Positions 38,818 through 48,938 of a DNA stretch of 64,000 bases are shown here, one piece after another. The notes beneath the pieces were generated by a model. The model had not been told where the DNA came from, ran no database searches, and was given only the letters and a program-made list of their open reading frames with translations. Both the position numbers and the translations under genes were made by a program. The DNA comes from an uncultured Rhabdochlamydiaceae bacterium. Lineage in GTDB: Bacteria > Chlamydiota > Chlamydiia > Chlamydiales > Rhabdochlamydiaceae. Position 1 is the stretch's first letter. The number at the start of each line of letters is the position of its first letter. The stretch covers positions 1,120,001-1,184,000 of the forward strand of contig CAVQHD010000001.1 in the NCBI GenBank assembly GCA_963712275.1, written 5' to 3'.

Positions 38818-40313
38818 TGCATTTATACCAAGTAGGTCAATTTATTTACAGCCGTGGATCTCAATGGGTCTCCTATATTGTTTCCAAGCTTCCATCGAGA
38901 TATCAAATCCTAGGAGCCTTTGCTGTATCTGCGATTGTAAAAGTTGCAATCGATCGACTCCGTAGCAGGGACAGCACGAATGGTGTTGGCTTAAAGAGTG
39001 AGCCAAAGATACCAGCGATGACTCAAGAGATGAGGACTGTGGTTCAGCGAGTTAATAATTTTTCCTCCATGATGTACCAACAATATGCGAGTGTAAAAAA
39101 AGATAAAAATTTTCTCTTTTTGAGTCCTAACCTGTTAGCAATCCTCTCTTTAATCTATGCTGTGGCACCGGCACCCTTGAAACAGACATTTGCAAAAGAA
39201 TTTCACATTGATGATCAATTTACGGAAGAGATGTTGCATCAGGGGCTCCAAAGGTACAACAATTCCCTAGAAGATAGAGCTGAAAAAACTAAAGAGCAAA
39301 ATCAGGGTCTTCTTAGCACATTTGTTCAAACGGTGCAAAAAGTGAGAAAAAAGTCGACAGAGTTGATTTACCAGGTTGCTCATGCGGTAGCCCTTCGAAC
39401 AGACACTATTGCAAATGAAGAAGCTTTCCGTAAGGTAGCGTTTTATCAACCTGAAGCCATTGTTTTTACCTCTGCGGAAGAGGCCGAGCAAAAAGCGAAT
39501 GCATGGATAGAACAGAAGACAGAGGGGAAAATTAAGGATTTAGTGAAAAATTTAAATCCTGAAACAGTCTGCATCTTCATAACGACCTCCATTTTTGGCG
39601 GTCAGTGGGTCTACCCTTTCAATGCAAGAGAAACCCAAAGGAAGAACTTCTACAATTTCGATGGGAGTATCTCTTCTGTGGAGACGATGAGTAGGGGAAC
39701 GGATGAGATACGTCATGATGTTTTTAGCAGTGGGTCATTAAGCTCCAGATTCGATATTCTAGAGTTGCCCTTTCATGGCCAGGTTTCAATGGTGATCGCA
39801 AGGCCCATTCGACCGCGTGATTATGTAGGGTTTGTAGGGCTTTTTAGTTACGAGAATTATATAAATAGCCTAATGGAGGAAGGGAATTTTCAGGAGCTGA
39901 TGGACTTTATAGCTTCTCCTAACTTCAAAAAACGGAAAGCATTAATCATTGAGGTTCCCAAATTTACCTCTGAAGATGAAACGGATTTGTTAAAGGATTT
40001 TGAAAACTGGGAGTTAATGAAGAGTGTTAAAGGTGCAAATTTTAACGGCTCTTTAGTCACCGTGAAAAATAATCCTCGTCCGATTCGGGTAGATAAAATC
40101 GTCTCTCGGACCCTCTTTAAAATGGACGAAAATGGAGTTGAAATCGCTGCAGCAGCGTATAGCCCCACAGGCCTCCAATCATGCGATCCCGAATGTAAAA
40201 TCAACTCTCCTTTTCTCTACTTTTTCTACGATCAGAAAACCCAAACGGTTTTTGGCTGCGGACGGGTATTAAAACTCGAAGGATCTGAAGGCCAGCCATT
40301 CAAAAGGTATTGA
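38817..40313 (+). CDS. Serpin-family protein
   Basis: ANAWIEQKTEGKIKDL, FGGQWVYPF, LELPF, VPKF, hinge DENGVEIAAAA, INSPFLYF..F.GRV. Confidence 0.9.
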   Translation: MHLYQVGQFIYSRGSQWVSYIVSKLPSRYQILGAFAVSAIVKVAIDRLRSRDSTNGVGLKSEPKIPAMTQEMRTVVQRVNNFSSMMYQQYASVKKDKNFLFLSPNLLAILSLIYAVAPAPLKQTFAKEFHIDDQFTEEMLHQGLQRYNNSLEDRAEKTKEQNQGLLSTFVQTVQKVRKKSTELIYQVAHAVALRTDTIANEEAFRKVAFYQPEAIVFTSAEEAEQKANAWIEQKTEGKIKDLVKNLNPETVCIFITTSIFGGQWVYPFNARETQRKNFYNFDGSISSVETMSRGTDEIRHDVFSSGSLSSRFDILELPFHGQVSMVIARPIRPRDYVGFVGLFSYENYINSLMEEGNFQELMDFIASPNFKKRKALIIEVPKFTSEDETDLLKDFENWELMKSVKGANFNGSLVTVKNNPRPIRVDKIVSRTLFKMDENGVEIAAAAYSPTGLQSCDPECKINSPFLYFFYDQKTQTVFGCGRVLKLEGSEGQPFKRY

Positions 40314-40320
40314 CGGAGCA

Positions 40321-41100
40321 GTGGTTTCATTCCCAACGTGGTTGATCTCATTTGCAGAAAAAATTCCTGTTTTTGACAGCAGTCAAACGGAAGAGGTTGT
40401 CCGTTGTTTTAATCAGCAAAGCAAAACCGACGATTATTGGCCTGAAGAGAGGCTTAAACGATGGGAGCTTAGAAAGGCTCAGCCGAAAGGGTACGAAAAC
40501 GAAGATCCTCATGACAGCTGGTTTCCGATTTCTTTTGATGAGAATGGAGAAATTTCTTCCGGCGAAATCTCCCAACAATATAGATATGCCCACAACTATC
40601 CTGTTTTAAAAGAGGCGGCTGAAGTAGCTGCTCAGACTCTTGCAAAAAAGATGCACTGGGAAAACCAAACCCATCTCATGGGTATCTCTTTTGTTCAGCA
40701 TCAAATGATGCCAGGGCAAGAATACAAAATGGATTTTCACCAAGACGATAGTCGATACACATTTGTCATTCTTTTAAACGATGAGAAGGGCTGGCGCGGA
40801 GGGGACTTGCGGTTTCGCTCCCTTTCTTATCAATGGATTCAGCAGACGGTCCATTACCAACAAGGGTACGGGATTCTCTTTGCAAATGAAGGAAAGCAGC
40901 ATGCATTTACGACGATGACCTCCCTCTCTTCGCAGATGGTCGATAGAACAATCCTGACAATTCATGAGAAGCCCCCTCCAATTTCTGAATCTTCACAGCA
41001 AAAGACTGCTGGAAGAATAAGAGCTTTGTGGGCAGCCTTTTTAAGGCAAATTCGAGCGTATTTAGTGCAACGCTTGAATATATTGAGCAATTCCTTCTAA
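40321..41100 (+). CDS. 2-oxoglutarate/Fe(II)-dependent oxygenase
   Basis: FHQD..YTFVILLN...W.GGDLRF, G.GILF.....H, distal Arg. Confidence 0.8.
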   Translation: MVSFPTWLISFAEKIPVFDSSQTEEVVRCFNQQSKTDDYWPEERLKRWELRKAQPKGYENEDPHDSWFPISFDENGEISSGEISQQYRYAHNYPVLKEAAEVAAQTLAKKMHWENQTHLMGISFVQHQMMPGQEYKMDFHQDDSRYTFVILLNDEKGWRGGDLRFRSLSYQWIQQTVHYQQGYGILFANEGKQHAFTTMTSLSSQMVDRTILTIHEKPPPISESSQQKTAGRIRALWAAFLRQIRAYLVQRLNILSNSF

Positions 41101-41649
41101 GAACATTTGGATCGATATCATCGTCAAAATGAGCCCCATTAATTTCTCGCAAGCGAGGATGCCCCGTTTGCCTAGAATTTTATTGAGGAGAGCTGAAGTG
41201 AGAAGAATCACAGTTGAGATAGCCCAAGCAATGACAATGGCGGCAAGTGTTAAAAAGGTCTGCGGTTCTTGCCTTGCATAGAGCATAATTGCAGCAAGGA
41301 CAGCGGGGCCGGCAACGAGGGGAATCGCAAGGGGGACGATAAAGGGTTCTTTTGCTACCGGGACCTCAACATCGGTTTTAGAAGGAAAGATCATTTTTAA
41401 AGCGATAAGAAATAAAACAATGCCTCCTGAGATGAGAACGGCATATTGGGTCACGTGAAGAGCAGTGAGAAGTATATCCCCCACAAAATGAAACCCCACC
41501 ATGATGCAAAGAGCGATGAGAAGCTCTCTCAAGATAATCTGAAATTGTCTTTTAGAGGGAACTTCTTTTAAAGCAGAGATGAAAAGGGGGATGTTCCCAA
41601 TCGGGTCCATCAGTAAGAAGAGAGAGAATGCCATCGAAATCAGTGACAT
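41062..41649 (-). CDS. marC: MarC-family membrane protein
   Basis: LMDPIGNIPLF, VPLAIPLVAGPA, KLMGLIL. Confidence 0.92.
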   Translation of the reverse strand: MSLISMAFSLFLLMDPIGNIPLFISALKEVPSKRQFQIILRELLIALCIMVGFHFVGDILLTALHVTQYAVLISGGIVLFLIALKMIFPSKTDVEVPVAKEPFIVPLAIPLVAGPAVLAAIMLYARQEPQTFLTLAAIVIAWAISTVILLTSALLNKILGKRGILACEKLMGLILTMISIQMFLEGIAQYIQALH

Positions 41650-41684
41650 AATCCTTATCTATATCACAAGAGTGGAATAGGAAC

Positions 41685-42692
41685 CTATCCCGAAAATCGA
41701 CTGAAACTTTTTATCGGGATAGATTCAGATTCTAGGCGGATGGAGGAGGCAATCGATTCGATCTGCTGTTTTAAAAGGGGAGAAAGAGGAGTTAAAAAGA
41801 GAAGACAGTCATGGTTTTTCCGAAAGGCCGCCTCTGTCCAATTTGTCGATCCTAAAATCAACTGTTTTTCATCGATATAGGCCCATTTATGGTGCAGTAA
41901 GGGGAGTCCTGAGCTTAAGAGGATTTCAACCCCTGCTTCTAAAAGTTTTTTAACGCTTTTTTGACTTGCGCCTCGGGCAGTGTACCGATCGAGCGCAAGC
42001 GTCACAGAGACCCCTCGTCTGTGTGCTCTGATCAGCGCATCTAAAAGATCGGTTTGCGTTAGGGTAAACATCGCAATGAAAATCGAAGAGTTAGCAGAGT
42101 CAACCTGATTTTCAAGTTCTGAGAGAGCATTTAAGTCGGGAAGAAGCCATAGAAGCGCTTGAATCGGGGGAGTCCCAATTTGAAAAGAGTAGTTGCCGTG
42201 AGATCCTGACTGTAAAAACTGCGCAACACCGCTGTGATAGAGTCCAATCGAGAGGTTATCGTGCAACTGCAAGGAAGAGGAGGTCATGTTGGCAGAGCCT
42301 AAAAAAACTGTTGCACCATCGATCACGACAATTTTTCGATGCATAAGCCCTTTGCTTTTTAGAGCCCTTGCATGAAGAGAGTCTGGAAGGGAAGGAGTCC
42401 CGCTCCGCTTGTCAAAGTGAAGGGTGACATGAACGCCTTCATCGGCTTTCTTTTGGAGGTGGCGGAGAAGCAGGGGGTCTGTCGCAGCATACATCCAAAG
42501 GGTCATTGCCTGAGTGGCTGCAGCAAAGCTTTTTTTGAGAACTAAACGAAAGTCGTCCCGCTTTTGATTGGAATATAAAATAATCGGCTTTTCAGGAGAA
42601 GGAAGATTGGGAGAAAGGGCTGCCTTAATCAGACAGCCGTAGAAGAGTGCACAGACAATAACTAAAAGAAGAAGTTTAAACCTTCTCACCAC
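41685..42692 (-). CDS. Phospholipase D-family protein with two HKD motifs
   Basis: MHRKIVVID..GSAN and HHKWAYID..GSTNW; N-terminal anchor. Start uncertain (GTG ~42692). Confidence 0.88.
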   Translation of the reverse strand: MVRRFKLLLLVIVCALFYGCLIKAALSPNLPSPEKPIILYSNQKRDDFRLVLKKSFAAATQAMTLWMYAATDPLLLRHLQKKADEGVHVTLHFDKRSGTPSLPDSLHARALKSKGLMHRKIVVIDGATVFLGSANMTSSSLQLHDNLSIGLYHSGVAQFLQSGSHGNYSFQIGTPPIQALLWLLPDLNALSELENQVDSANSSIFIAMFTLTQTDLLDALIRAHRRGVSVTLALDRYTARGASQKSVKKLLEAGVEILLSSGLPLLHHKWAYIDEKQLILGSTNWTEAAFRKNHDCLLFLTPLSPLLKQQIESIASSIRLESESIPIKSFSRFSG

Positions 42693-42951
42693 GAGCGCGC
42701 ATTTGACGGACAACAGCCGGAAAACCCAGCCGATTGATGTGGCGTATGCCATGAGCAGAGACGTTCAACGTGATAAATCGCTTTTCTTCCGGATGCCAAA
42801 ACCTTTTTTTGGTCAGATTCGGATTAAAGCGGCGTCGTTTAATTCCCGTCACTTTAAGGCCGACTCCTTTTTTCTTTTTTGCAATCCCTCGAATCGCATA
42901 ACTTTTACCACGCACAGGAATTTTTCCTGTTACTTGACACTGTCTGGGCAT
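42676..42951 (-). CDS. rpmB: 50S ribosomal protein L28
   Basis: CQVTGK, RGIAKKKKGVGLKVTG, RRFNPNL (long chlamydial-type L28). Confidence 0.95.
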   Translation of the reverse strand: MPRQCQVTGKIPVRGKSYAIRGIAKKKKGVGLKVTGIKRRRFNPNLTKKRFWHPEEKRFITLNVSAHGIRHINRLGFPAVVRQMRARGEKV

Positions 42952-43156
42952 ATATCCTCGCTAAAAAAGAAAAAGATAGCACAGACGTGCTTAACACTCA
43001 AGAGGCAACTTGCCATATAAAAAATAGTTGATCTGGAAACGGAGACTTGTTAAGTATATTTTTTAAGACGAAAAATTTTACTGAGATAGGTTCTTCAAAT
43101 TCAAGTGAACTTTAATGCTTGGATCGATTACTTTATAGGTCTACCTAACCCAAGAG

Positions 43157-43600
43157 ATGAGTATGCCGATTTACGATATCTTTGAACGAAAAGAAGCAGA
43201 GCCCTTTCCTTCCCAAGCCCCTGAACCTCTTCCAGACGAAAGCAAAAAGGACCGTTTTTTTTCTTCAATGACAGCTCGTGTTTTATTTTTTCTGCTTCTC
43301 ATTGGCGATCTCTCATGGGCTCTATGGACTCTCTTTAAAATCGTCCTGTTTTTCCCTTTAAGCCTGATCACCTTTCAGCGATCTTTTAAAGTAACGCAGC
43401 ACCTTCGCCGCGCATGGCTTTCTTTGAAGAGAGCCGGAGTATGCGGGATCTCTCTTCTGATCGCTCTTTTCAGCCCAGCACTCGGAATTATGGTCGCTTG
43501 CACCTATTTCCTGATGTATGACAAAGCGGGCATCCAAGAGGTGGTTCCTCGGTCTTTGCAAGATCAATTTCAAGATTTCTTGAAAGAATCAAAATCTTAA
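43157..43600 (+). CDS. Hypothetical membrane protein
   Basis: 147-aa ORF with 2-3 hydrophobic segments. Confidence 0.7.
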   Translation: MSMPIYDIFERKEAEPFPSQAPEPLPDESKKDRFFSSMTARVLFFLLLIGDLSWALWTLFKIVLFFPLSLITFQRSFKVTQHLRRAWLSLKRAGVCGISLLIALFSPALGIMVACTYFLMYDKAGIQEVVPRSLQDQFQDFLKESKS

Positions 43601-43640
43601 ATATATACTGCGCCTCCGATACTGAAAGGAGGTCGAATAT

Positions 43641-44123
43641 ATGACAACGATTTGGAGTTCTTGCCGCGCATGGGCAGACTCGTCACAACGCCATTTAAAT
43701 ACGTGGATTCCTTCCCTTCCTCAGGATACCCTTTGGGGAGGCGTCAAAAGCATGACCGGTTCATTTGTCATTGGTACTGCGTGGTCGCAAGGAAATATCA
43801 TCGCAGGGGCAGAGTCGGCGATGCTTGCGGGGGTCGCAGTAATGGTTCATGCGGTTGTTGTCGTACTTTTAAATGCTGTTAAGCAGGAGATGCCGGAAGA
43901 AGAGCTTAAGCAGAAAAAAGAAGAGCTTAAGCGTGTTCCTCATCTGGCTGCTCTAACAGGATTTATCAGTGCTTACCTGATAGGGCACCAATTAGGATTC
44001 TCGATGCACGTGGTCAGCGTCGTTGCGACAGTGGTGCCTTATATTCTCAGCCGTTCTTCTGAGAGCTTAAAAGTTGGGACTCCTTTTTTTGGGGTCGTTG
44101 TGCTTTGCTGCCGGCGTGTTTAG
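43641..44123 (+). CDS. Hypothetical membrane protein
   Basis: AGGAGG RBS and several hydrophobic segments. 3' end overlaps the clpB 3' end by 77 bp. Confidence 0.65.
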   Translation: MTTIWSSCRAWADSSQRHLNTWIPSLPQDTLWGGVKSMTGSFVIGTAWSQGNIIAGAESAMLAGVAVMVHAVVVVLLNAVKQEMPEEELKQKKEELKRVPHLAALTGFISAYLIGHQLGFSMHVVSVVATVVPYILSRSSESLKVGTPFFGVVVLCCRRV

Positions 44124-46698
44124 AGAAAGTGATCTTGTCTGCTTGGACCTCCAGGGAGATGGTCTGGTGCGGCATGAGATCTCCTTTTAGGAGGGCAGTT
44201 GAGAGCATGTTGACGACTTCATTTTGAATAAGTCGTTTGAGTGGGCGCGCTCCAAAGAGGGGATTGTACCCTTTTTCAGCTAGATAAGCAGAAACAGCTG
44301 GACCCCACTCCAGCTGAATGTCCCGCTCCTGCAGGCGGCTTCGAACGTGGCCCAGCTGCAAGGAGACAATGGCTTCCATATCTTTTTCCTGAAGAGGAAG
44401 AAAGGGTAAAATATCGTCTAAACGGTTAAGAAACTCAGGTCTAAAGTGGGCCTTCAAGATCGGATCGACAATTTTCAAGATCTCTTCTTTGGAAACGGTT
44501 TTTTCCTGAAGAAAATTTAAGAGTTCTTGAGATCCGAGGTTGGACGTCATGATAAAAAGGGTGTTTTTACAGTTGACAGTCCGTCCTTTGCTATCGGTGA
44601 TACGTCCATCGTCAAAAATCTGAAGCAAGATATTAAAGACATCAGGATGTGCCTTTTCAACTTCATCGAGGAGCACAACGGCATAAGGGTGTCTTCGAAG
44701 GGCCTCCGTTAGTTGTCCTCCTTCTTCATGGCCGATATAACCGGGGGGAGAGCCGATAAGCTTAGAAACGGTGTGCCTTTCCATGTATTCCGACATGTCA
44801 AGCCGGATCATTGCTTTTTCTTGGTCGAAAAGGAGGCGGGCAAGTGCCTTTGCAAGCTCTGTTTTACCCACCCCTGTCGGTCCTACGAATAAAAAGACGC
44901 CGATCGGCCGCTCGGGATCGCTGAGCCCTGCTCGAGAGCGTCTGATCGCTTCGCTCACAGCGTGGATGGCAAACGGCTGGCCTATGACCGATGCTGAAAG
45001 AGCTTTTTCAAGGTTTAGCAGCTTGGTGGCTTCTCCTTCCACCATTTTCTGGACAGGAATGCCTGTCCATTTCGACACAATTTGTGCAATGAGCTGCTCG
45101 TCGACTTCTTCTTTTAGGAGCCGATTTTGTTGATCGCCTAGCTTTTTTTGAACCTCTGCGATTTCTCTCTGAACAGCCGGAATTTGGCTGTACCGGATTT
45201 CAGCCACTTTATTGTAATCTCCAAGCCGTTCTGTCTCTTCTTCTTGGAATTTCAGCTGCTCAAGTTTGTTTTTTTTCTCCTTGAGAGATTCAATCAGTTG
45301 CTTCTCTTCATTCCAGCGGCTTCGTAAAACAACCAGTTCTTCTTTCAGATGGCCAATTTCTGCCGCGAGTTTTTCCAGCTCAGTTTTAGCAAGGGGAGAA
45401 TCTTCCCGCTTAAGAGCCTCTTGTTTGACGATAAGGGAGGCGAGCTGCCGCTCTTTCTGATCGATAGGAAGGGGTAGGCTGCCGAGCTGCATGCGGATCA
45501 AGCTAGCAGCCTCGTCGATGAGGTCAATTGCTTTATCAGGTAATTGCCTGTCGGAGATATATCGGTTCGATAGAAAAACAGCTGCGTGAAGAGCCTCTTC
45601 CGTGATCCGGACTCCATGGAAGATTTCATACCGCTCTCGAAGACCTCGAAGAATGGCAATCGCATTTTCAAGGGAAGGCTCTTCAATGAGAATCGGCTGA
45701 AAACGGCGCTCTAAGGCAGCATCTTTTTCGATATGTTTTTTGTACTCGGCAAGAGTCGTAGCCCCTATGCAATGGAGGGTCCCTCTGGCAAGCGCAGGTT
45801 TTAGCAGGTTGGCGGCATCCAAAGCCCCTTCTGTAGCGCCAGCTCCAACGAGTGTATGGACCTCGTCGATAAATAGAATGATCTTCCCCTCGCTTTTTTC
45901 TACCTCTTTCAAAATCCCTTTCAGCCTCTCTTCAAACTCTCCTCGGTATTTTGTTCCTGCAATAAGGCTTCCCATGTCGAGAGCAAAGAGCTGCCTTCCC
46001 TTCAATGGGTCGGGAACATCGCCCTGGATAATGCGCTGGGCAAGCCCTTCGGCAATGGCTGTTTTTCCAACACCTGGCTCTCCAATCAGAAGAGGGTTGT
46101 TTTTAGTGCGGCGGGAGAGCACCTGTATCGCCCGTCTAATCTCTTCATCCCGTCCAATGACAGGATCGAGCTTTCCTTCACGGGCGAGCGTTGTGAGATT
46201 TTTGCAATATTTATCAAGGGTTTGCAGTCCCTGTTCAGCTGTCGGCGAGTCCATTTGCGCACCTCCTCGAATTTCTTTGATTTTAAGTTCCGCATCTTCA
46301 AGGGAAAGAGGGGCATTTTTTGCTCCGCTCGCGAAAAGATCCCGCCGATGTTTCCAAAAAGCAAGGAGCAAATGATCACTTGAGATAAAGGTATCATTCC
46401 ATTTTTTTGCAACTCCCTGCGCTTCCTGAAGAATGGACTGAAGAGAAGAGGAGATGGCAGGCTGCTTAGAAGATCCTTCATACGTTGGAAGCTTTTGGAT
46501 TAAAGCCTTGAGTTTTGCCAGAAATTTTTCACGATCCAGCTGAAGGGAAGGGGCAACCGTCGAACAATAACTTCCCGGATCGGAAAATAGAGCCTGCAAG
46601 AGATGAAGGTCGCTGACCTCTGTCTGATGGCACGCTGCGGCTTCTTCAACTGCCGCTTGCAATGCGCTTTCAACCGCTTCTGTCAATTGAGGAGTCAT
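44047..46698 (-). CDS. clpB: Chaperone ClpB
   Basis: Two AAA+ domains ([16 protein letters not shown]), coiled-coil middle domain, [15 protein letters not shown]. Confidence 0.96.
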   Translation of the reverse strand: MTPQLTEAVESALQAAVEEAAACHQTEVSDLHLLQALFSDPGSYCSTVAPSLQLDREKFLAKLKALIQKLPTYEGSSKQPAISSSLQSILQEAQGVAKKWNDTFISSDHLLLAFWKHRRDLFASGAKNAPLSLEDAELKIKEIRGGAQMDSPTAEQGLQTLDKYCKNLTTLAREGKLDPVIGRDEEIRRAIQVLSRRTKNNPLLIGEPGVGKTAIAEGLAQRIIQGDVPDPLKGRQLFALDMGSLIAGTKYRGEFEERLKGILKEVEKSEGKIILFIDEVHTLVGAGATEGALDAANLLKPALARGTLHCIGATTLAEYKKHIEKDAALERRFQPILIEEPSLENAIAILRGLRERYEIFHGVRITEEALHAAVFLSNRYISDRQLPDKAIDLIDEAASLIRMQLGSLPLPIDQKERQLASLIVKQEALKREDSPLAKTELEKLAAEIGHLKEELVVLRSRWNEEKQLIESLKEKKNKLEQLKFQEEETERLGDYNKVAEIRYSQIPAVQREIAEVQKKLGDQQNRLLKEEVDEQLIAQIVSKWTGIPVQKMVEGEATKLLNLEKALSASVIGQPFAIHAVSEAIRRSRAGLSDPERPIGVFLFVGPTGVGKTELAKALARLLFDQEKAMIRLDMSEYMERHTVSKLIGSPPGYIGHEEGGQLTEALRRHPYAVVLLDEVEKAHPDVFNILLQIFDDGRITDSKGRTVNCKNTLFIMTSNLGSQELLNFLQEKTVSKEEILKIVDPILKAHFRPEFLNRLDDILPFLPLQEKDMEAIVSLQLGHVRSRLQERDIQLEWGPAVSAYLAEKGYNPLFGARPLKRLIQNEVVNMLSTALLKGDLMPHQTISLEVQADKITFSKHAGSKAQRPQKKESQLLSSQKNG

Positions 46699-47037
46699 CG
46701 GTTTGGTCCTTGCTGTAGATAGATTAGCACTGAGATAGAGAAATTAACAAGTGTTCACTCGTTTTTAAGATGGGGCATCGGCACCGCCACCAAACGGTCC
46801 CATACCGTCTCTTCCAAGACAATATCGACCATTTTGAGCTTATCCCTTGACCAGGTAAAACAATTGTTGGCTTTAAGGACCTCTTTTTTTATATCAGAAT
46901 TATTCTTTTTAAGTTCTTCCAACGCGTTTTTATTGTATTTTATTGAGATGTAATTAAATCCGTATTTTTAGATCCGCAAAAATAATTAACAAAAGTAGAA
47001 ATTGGGTTCCAGATACTCATATGTTTGTCTTTTTCTC

Positions 47038-47568
47038 TTAATTTTTAAATAATTTATTTGATAATTCGGTATTATTATGCCAATGCCATGTAGGACCATA
47101 TAACAAGCCGTCTTTGATTCCTTTTGATATAAACAAAACATAGCTAACAATCCCGGCAATAATTAATATATTTGCTATTAATTTTACCATAGGTTGATCT
47201 TGCTTAATAATATCTAACAAACGAATAATATGGATTGCTATTCCTGCTATAATAATTTTATTTGTGCATGAAGGGAACGCTAATTCCTTGCTCAACCGAG
47301 TTACTTGAAGGACAATTTCCTTTCCAATAGCAGCTTCTTCTAAGCTGTGGTTGGGATTTCCTTTTTGGTTATCTTTTTTTTCTAATTGATAGATGCGTCG
47401 GTAGAGGTCTACGAGTGGACAATAACCTTTGCATCCTTCTGCATAAATATATCTGTTACCCCAAAAAGAAATCCCCACGACCGCTTTTTTTAGGGTGTTA
47501 TTTAAGACCTGATATGTCTCGATACTCTGATAGGGTGTATTGATCACAGCCATGAGGTCTTGTGTCAT
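47038..47568 (-). CDS. Hypothetical AT-rich membrane protein (Inc-like bilobed hydrophobic region)
   Basis: GGAG RBS and two adjacent hydrophobic helices (IIIAGIAI.. / LIIAGIVS..). Confidence 0.65.
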   Translation of the reverse strand: MTQDLMAVINTPYQSIETYQVLNNTLKKAVVGISFWGNRYIYAEGCKGYCPLVDLYRRIYQLEKKDNQKGNPNHSLEEAAIGKEIVLQVTRLSKELAFPSCTNKIIIAGIAIHIIRLLDIIKQDQPMVKLIANILIIAGIVSYVLFISKGIKDGLLYGPTWHWHNNTELSNKLFKN

Positions 47569-47766
47569 AGAAATCTCCGTTTATATTGAGAAATATTCTA
47601 CAAAACTCTCAGCTTTAGTCCTAGGAGTAAATTTTTTTCCTACGCAAAGATCCGTTTACCCATTGACTTCAGCAGGATCAACAAGGGCGCGGAAATCATG
47701 ACCGATCACCTGGTTAAAAAAATAGATTAACAACCTAAAAAAATGTCATTCGTGTAGAATGTAGCC

Positions 47767-48801
47767 ATGGCGTCATGCATAGAAACAATCAGCCCTCGTG
47801 TCGACATCGCCTTTAAAAAGATCTTTGGTGTTGAAGAAAATAAAGACCTCTTAATCTCGCTCATTAACTCGATTGTAGGACCTGAAGATCAAGTCACTGA
47901 TGTGACCCTTTTAAATCCTTACAACCCTAAAAATTTTAGAGAAGATAAGCTCTCGATCTTGGACATCAAGGCCGAAGGCAAAGATGGGAAGCGCTTCAAT
48001 ATCGAAATTCAAATCAGCGATGAAGCCGATTATGATAAAAGAGCCCTCTACTACTGGGCAAAGTTGTATACGGAGCAGCTCAAGGTCACAGAAGATTACG
48101 CTCTATTATCCAAAGCTATCGGAATCCATATCCTTAACTTTACCTCGATTCCTAGAGAAGAAAAATACCACAACGTCTTCCATATTCGAGAACAAGCGAG
48201 CCATCTTCCCTATTTTGAAGATTTAGAACTGCATACCATCGAGCTAAAGAAGTTCTGTAGCAACCGTCAAGAAGAGCTCTCCGATCTGATCGTTAAAGTG
48301 AAAACATCTCTCGATATGTGGGTCGCTTTTTTAACGCGGCATGATCTGCTCAAAAAAGATCACCTGCCAGCTCCTTTAAACAATCCGTCTTTGCAAAAAG
48401 CCCTCCATGTGCTCGATGTGATGAACTTTGGACCCGAAGAGCGAGAAGCGTATGAAGACCATCTTAAATGGCTGAGAATTGAAACGAATACCCTAAGGAA
48501 ATCAAGAGAAGAAGGGATCCAAGAAGGAAAAGAACTTGGAATCCAGGAGGGCAAACAGCTTGGAATTCAGGAGGGAAAAGAACTCGGAATCCAAGAGGGC
48601 AAACAGCTTGGAATTCAAGAGGGAAAAGAACTCGGAATCCAAGAGGGTAAGCAGTTTGGAATTCAAGAAGGAAAAGAACTTGGAATCCAAGAAGGGGAGA
48701 AAAAAAAGAGTTTAGAAGTCGCCCAAAAGATGCTTCTGCAAGGGTTTTCTATGAAGCAAGTCGTTCAGATCACTGGACTTTCCGAGTCGGATGTTAAGTA
48801 G
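47767..48801 (+). CDS. Rpn-family recombination-promoting nuclease / PD-(D/E)XK putative transposase
   Basis: SPRVDIAFKKIFG, LDIKA..FNIEIQ, KRALYYW, IELKKF; repeat tail; VAQKML..G....VVQITGLS end. Confidence 0.92.
   Translation: MASCIETISPRVDIAFKKIFGVEENKDLLISLINSIVGPEDQVTDVTLLNPYNPKNFREDKLSILDIKAEGKDGKRFNIEIQISDEADYDKRALYYWAKLYTEQLKVTEDYALLSKAIGIHILNFTSIPREEKYHNVFHIREQASHLPYFEDLELHTIELKKFCSNRQEELSDLIVKVKTSLDMWVAFLTRHDLLKKDHLPAPLNNPSLQKALHVLDVMNFGPEEREAYEDHLKWLRIETNTLRKSREEGIQEGKELGIQEGKQLGIQEGKELGIQEGKQLGIQEGKELGIQEGKQFGIQEGKELGIQEGEKKKSLEVAQKMLLQGFSMKQVVQITGLSESDVK
48514..48696 (+). repeat. 24-bp coding tandem repeat (~7.6 units, GIQEGKEL alternating with GIQEGKQL/QF)
   Basis: Read directly. 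The alternation gives a 48-bp higher-order period. Confidence 0.9.
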
Positions 48802-48938
48802 CTCAAGAGGAAATCTTCATGTTGCAAGCTTTAACGCAGCCTCCATTTTTGTCCAAATCCAGATAAAAAATTAGCTTTATTAAAAATCTTGTTGTATGGA
48901 TACTGACTCAAAAAATCCATACGTAGGAGTCATCTTCT

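Noticed and set aside
45740..46375. 211-aa ORF antisense to clpB, and similar shadows over pdh, suc and atp genes
   Set aside because: They lie wholly opposite highly conserved genes and have no motifs or RBS.
46724..46750. Possible CIRCE (HrcA) operator upstream of clpB
   Set aside because: Only one half-site (TTAGCACTG) is present; the second arm at 9-nt spacing does not match GAGTGCTAA.
48514..48696. Regular short repeats as a possible CRISPR array (also 11672-11875)
   Set aside because: The units are contiguous with no unique spacers, are in-frame coding repeats of Rpn tails, and no cas genes are present.
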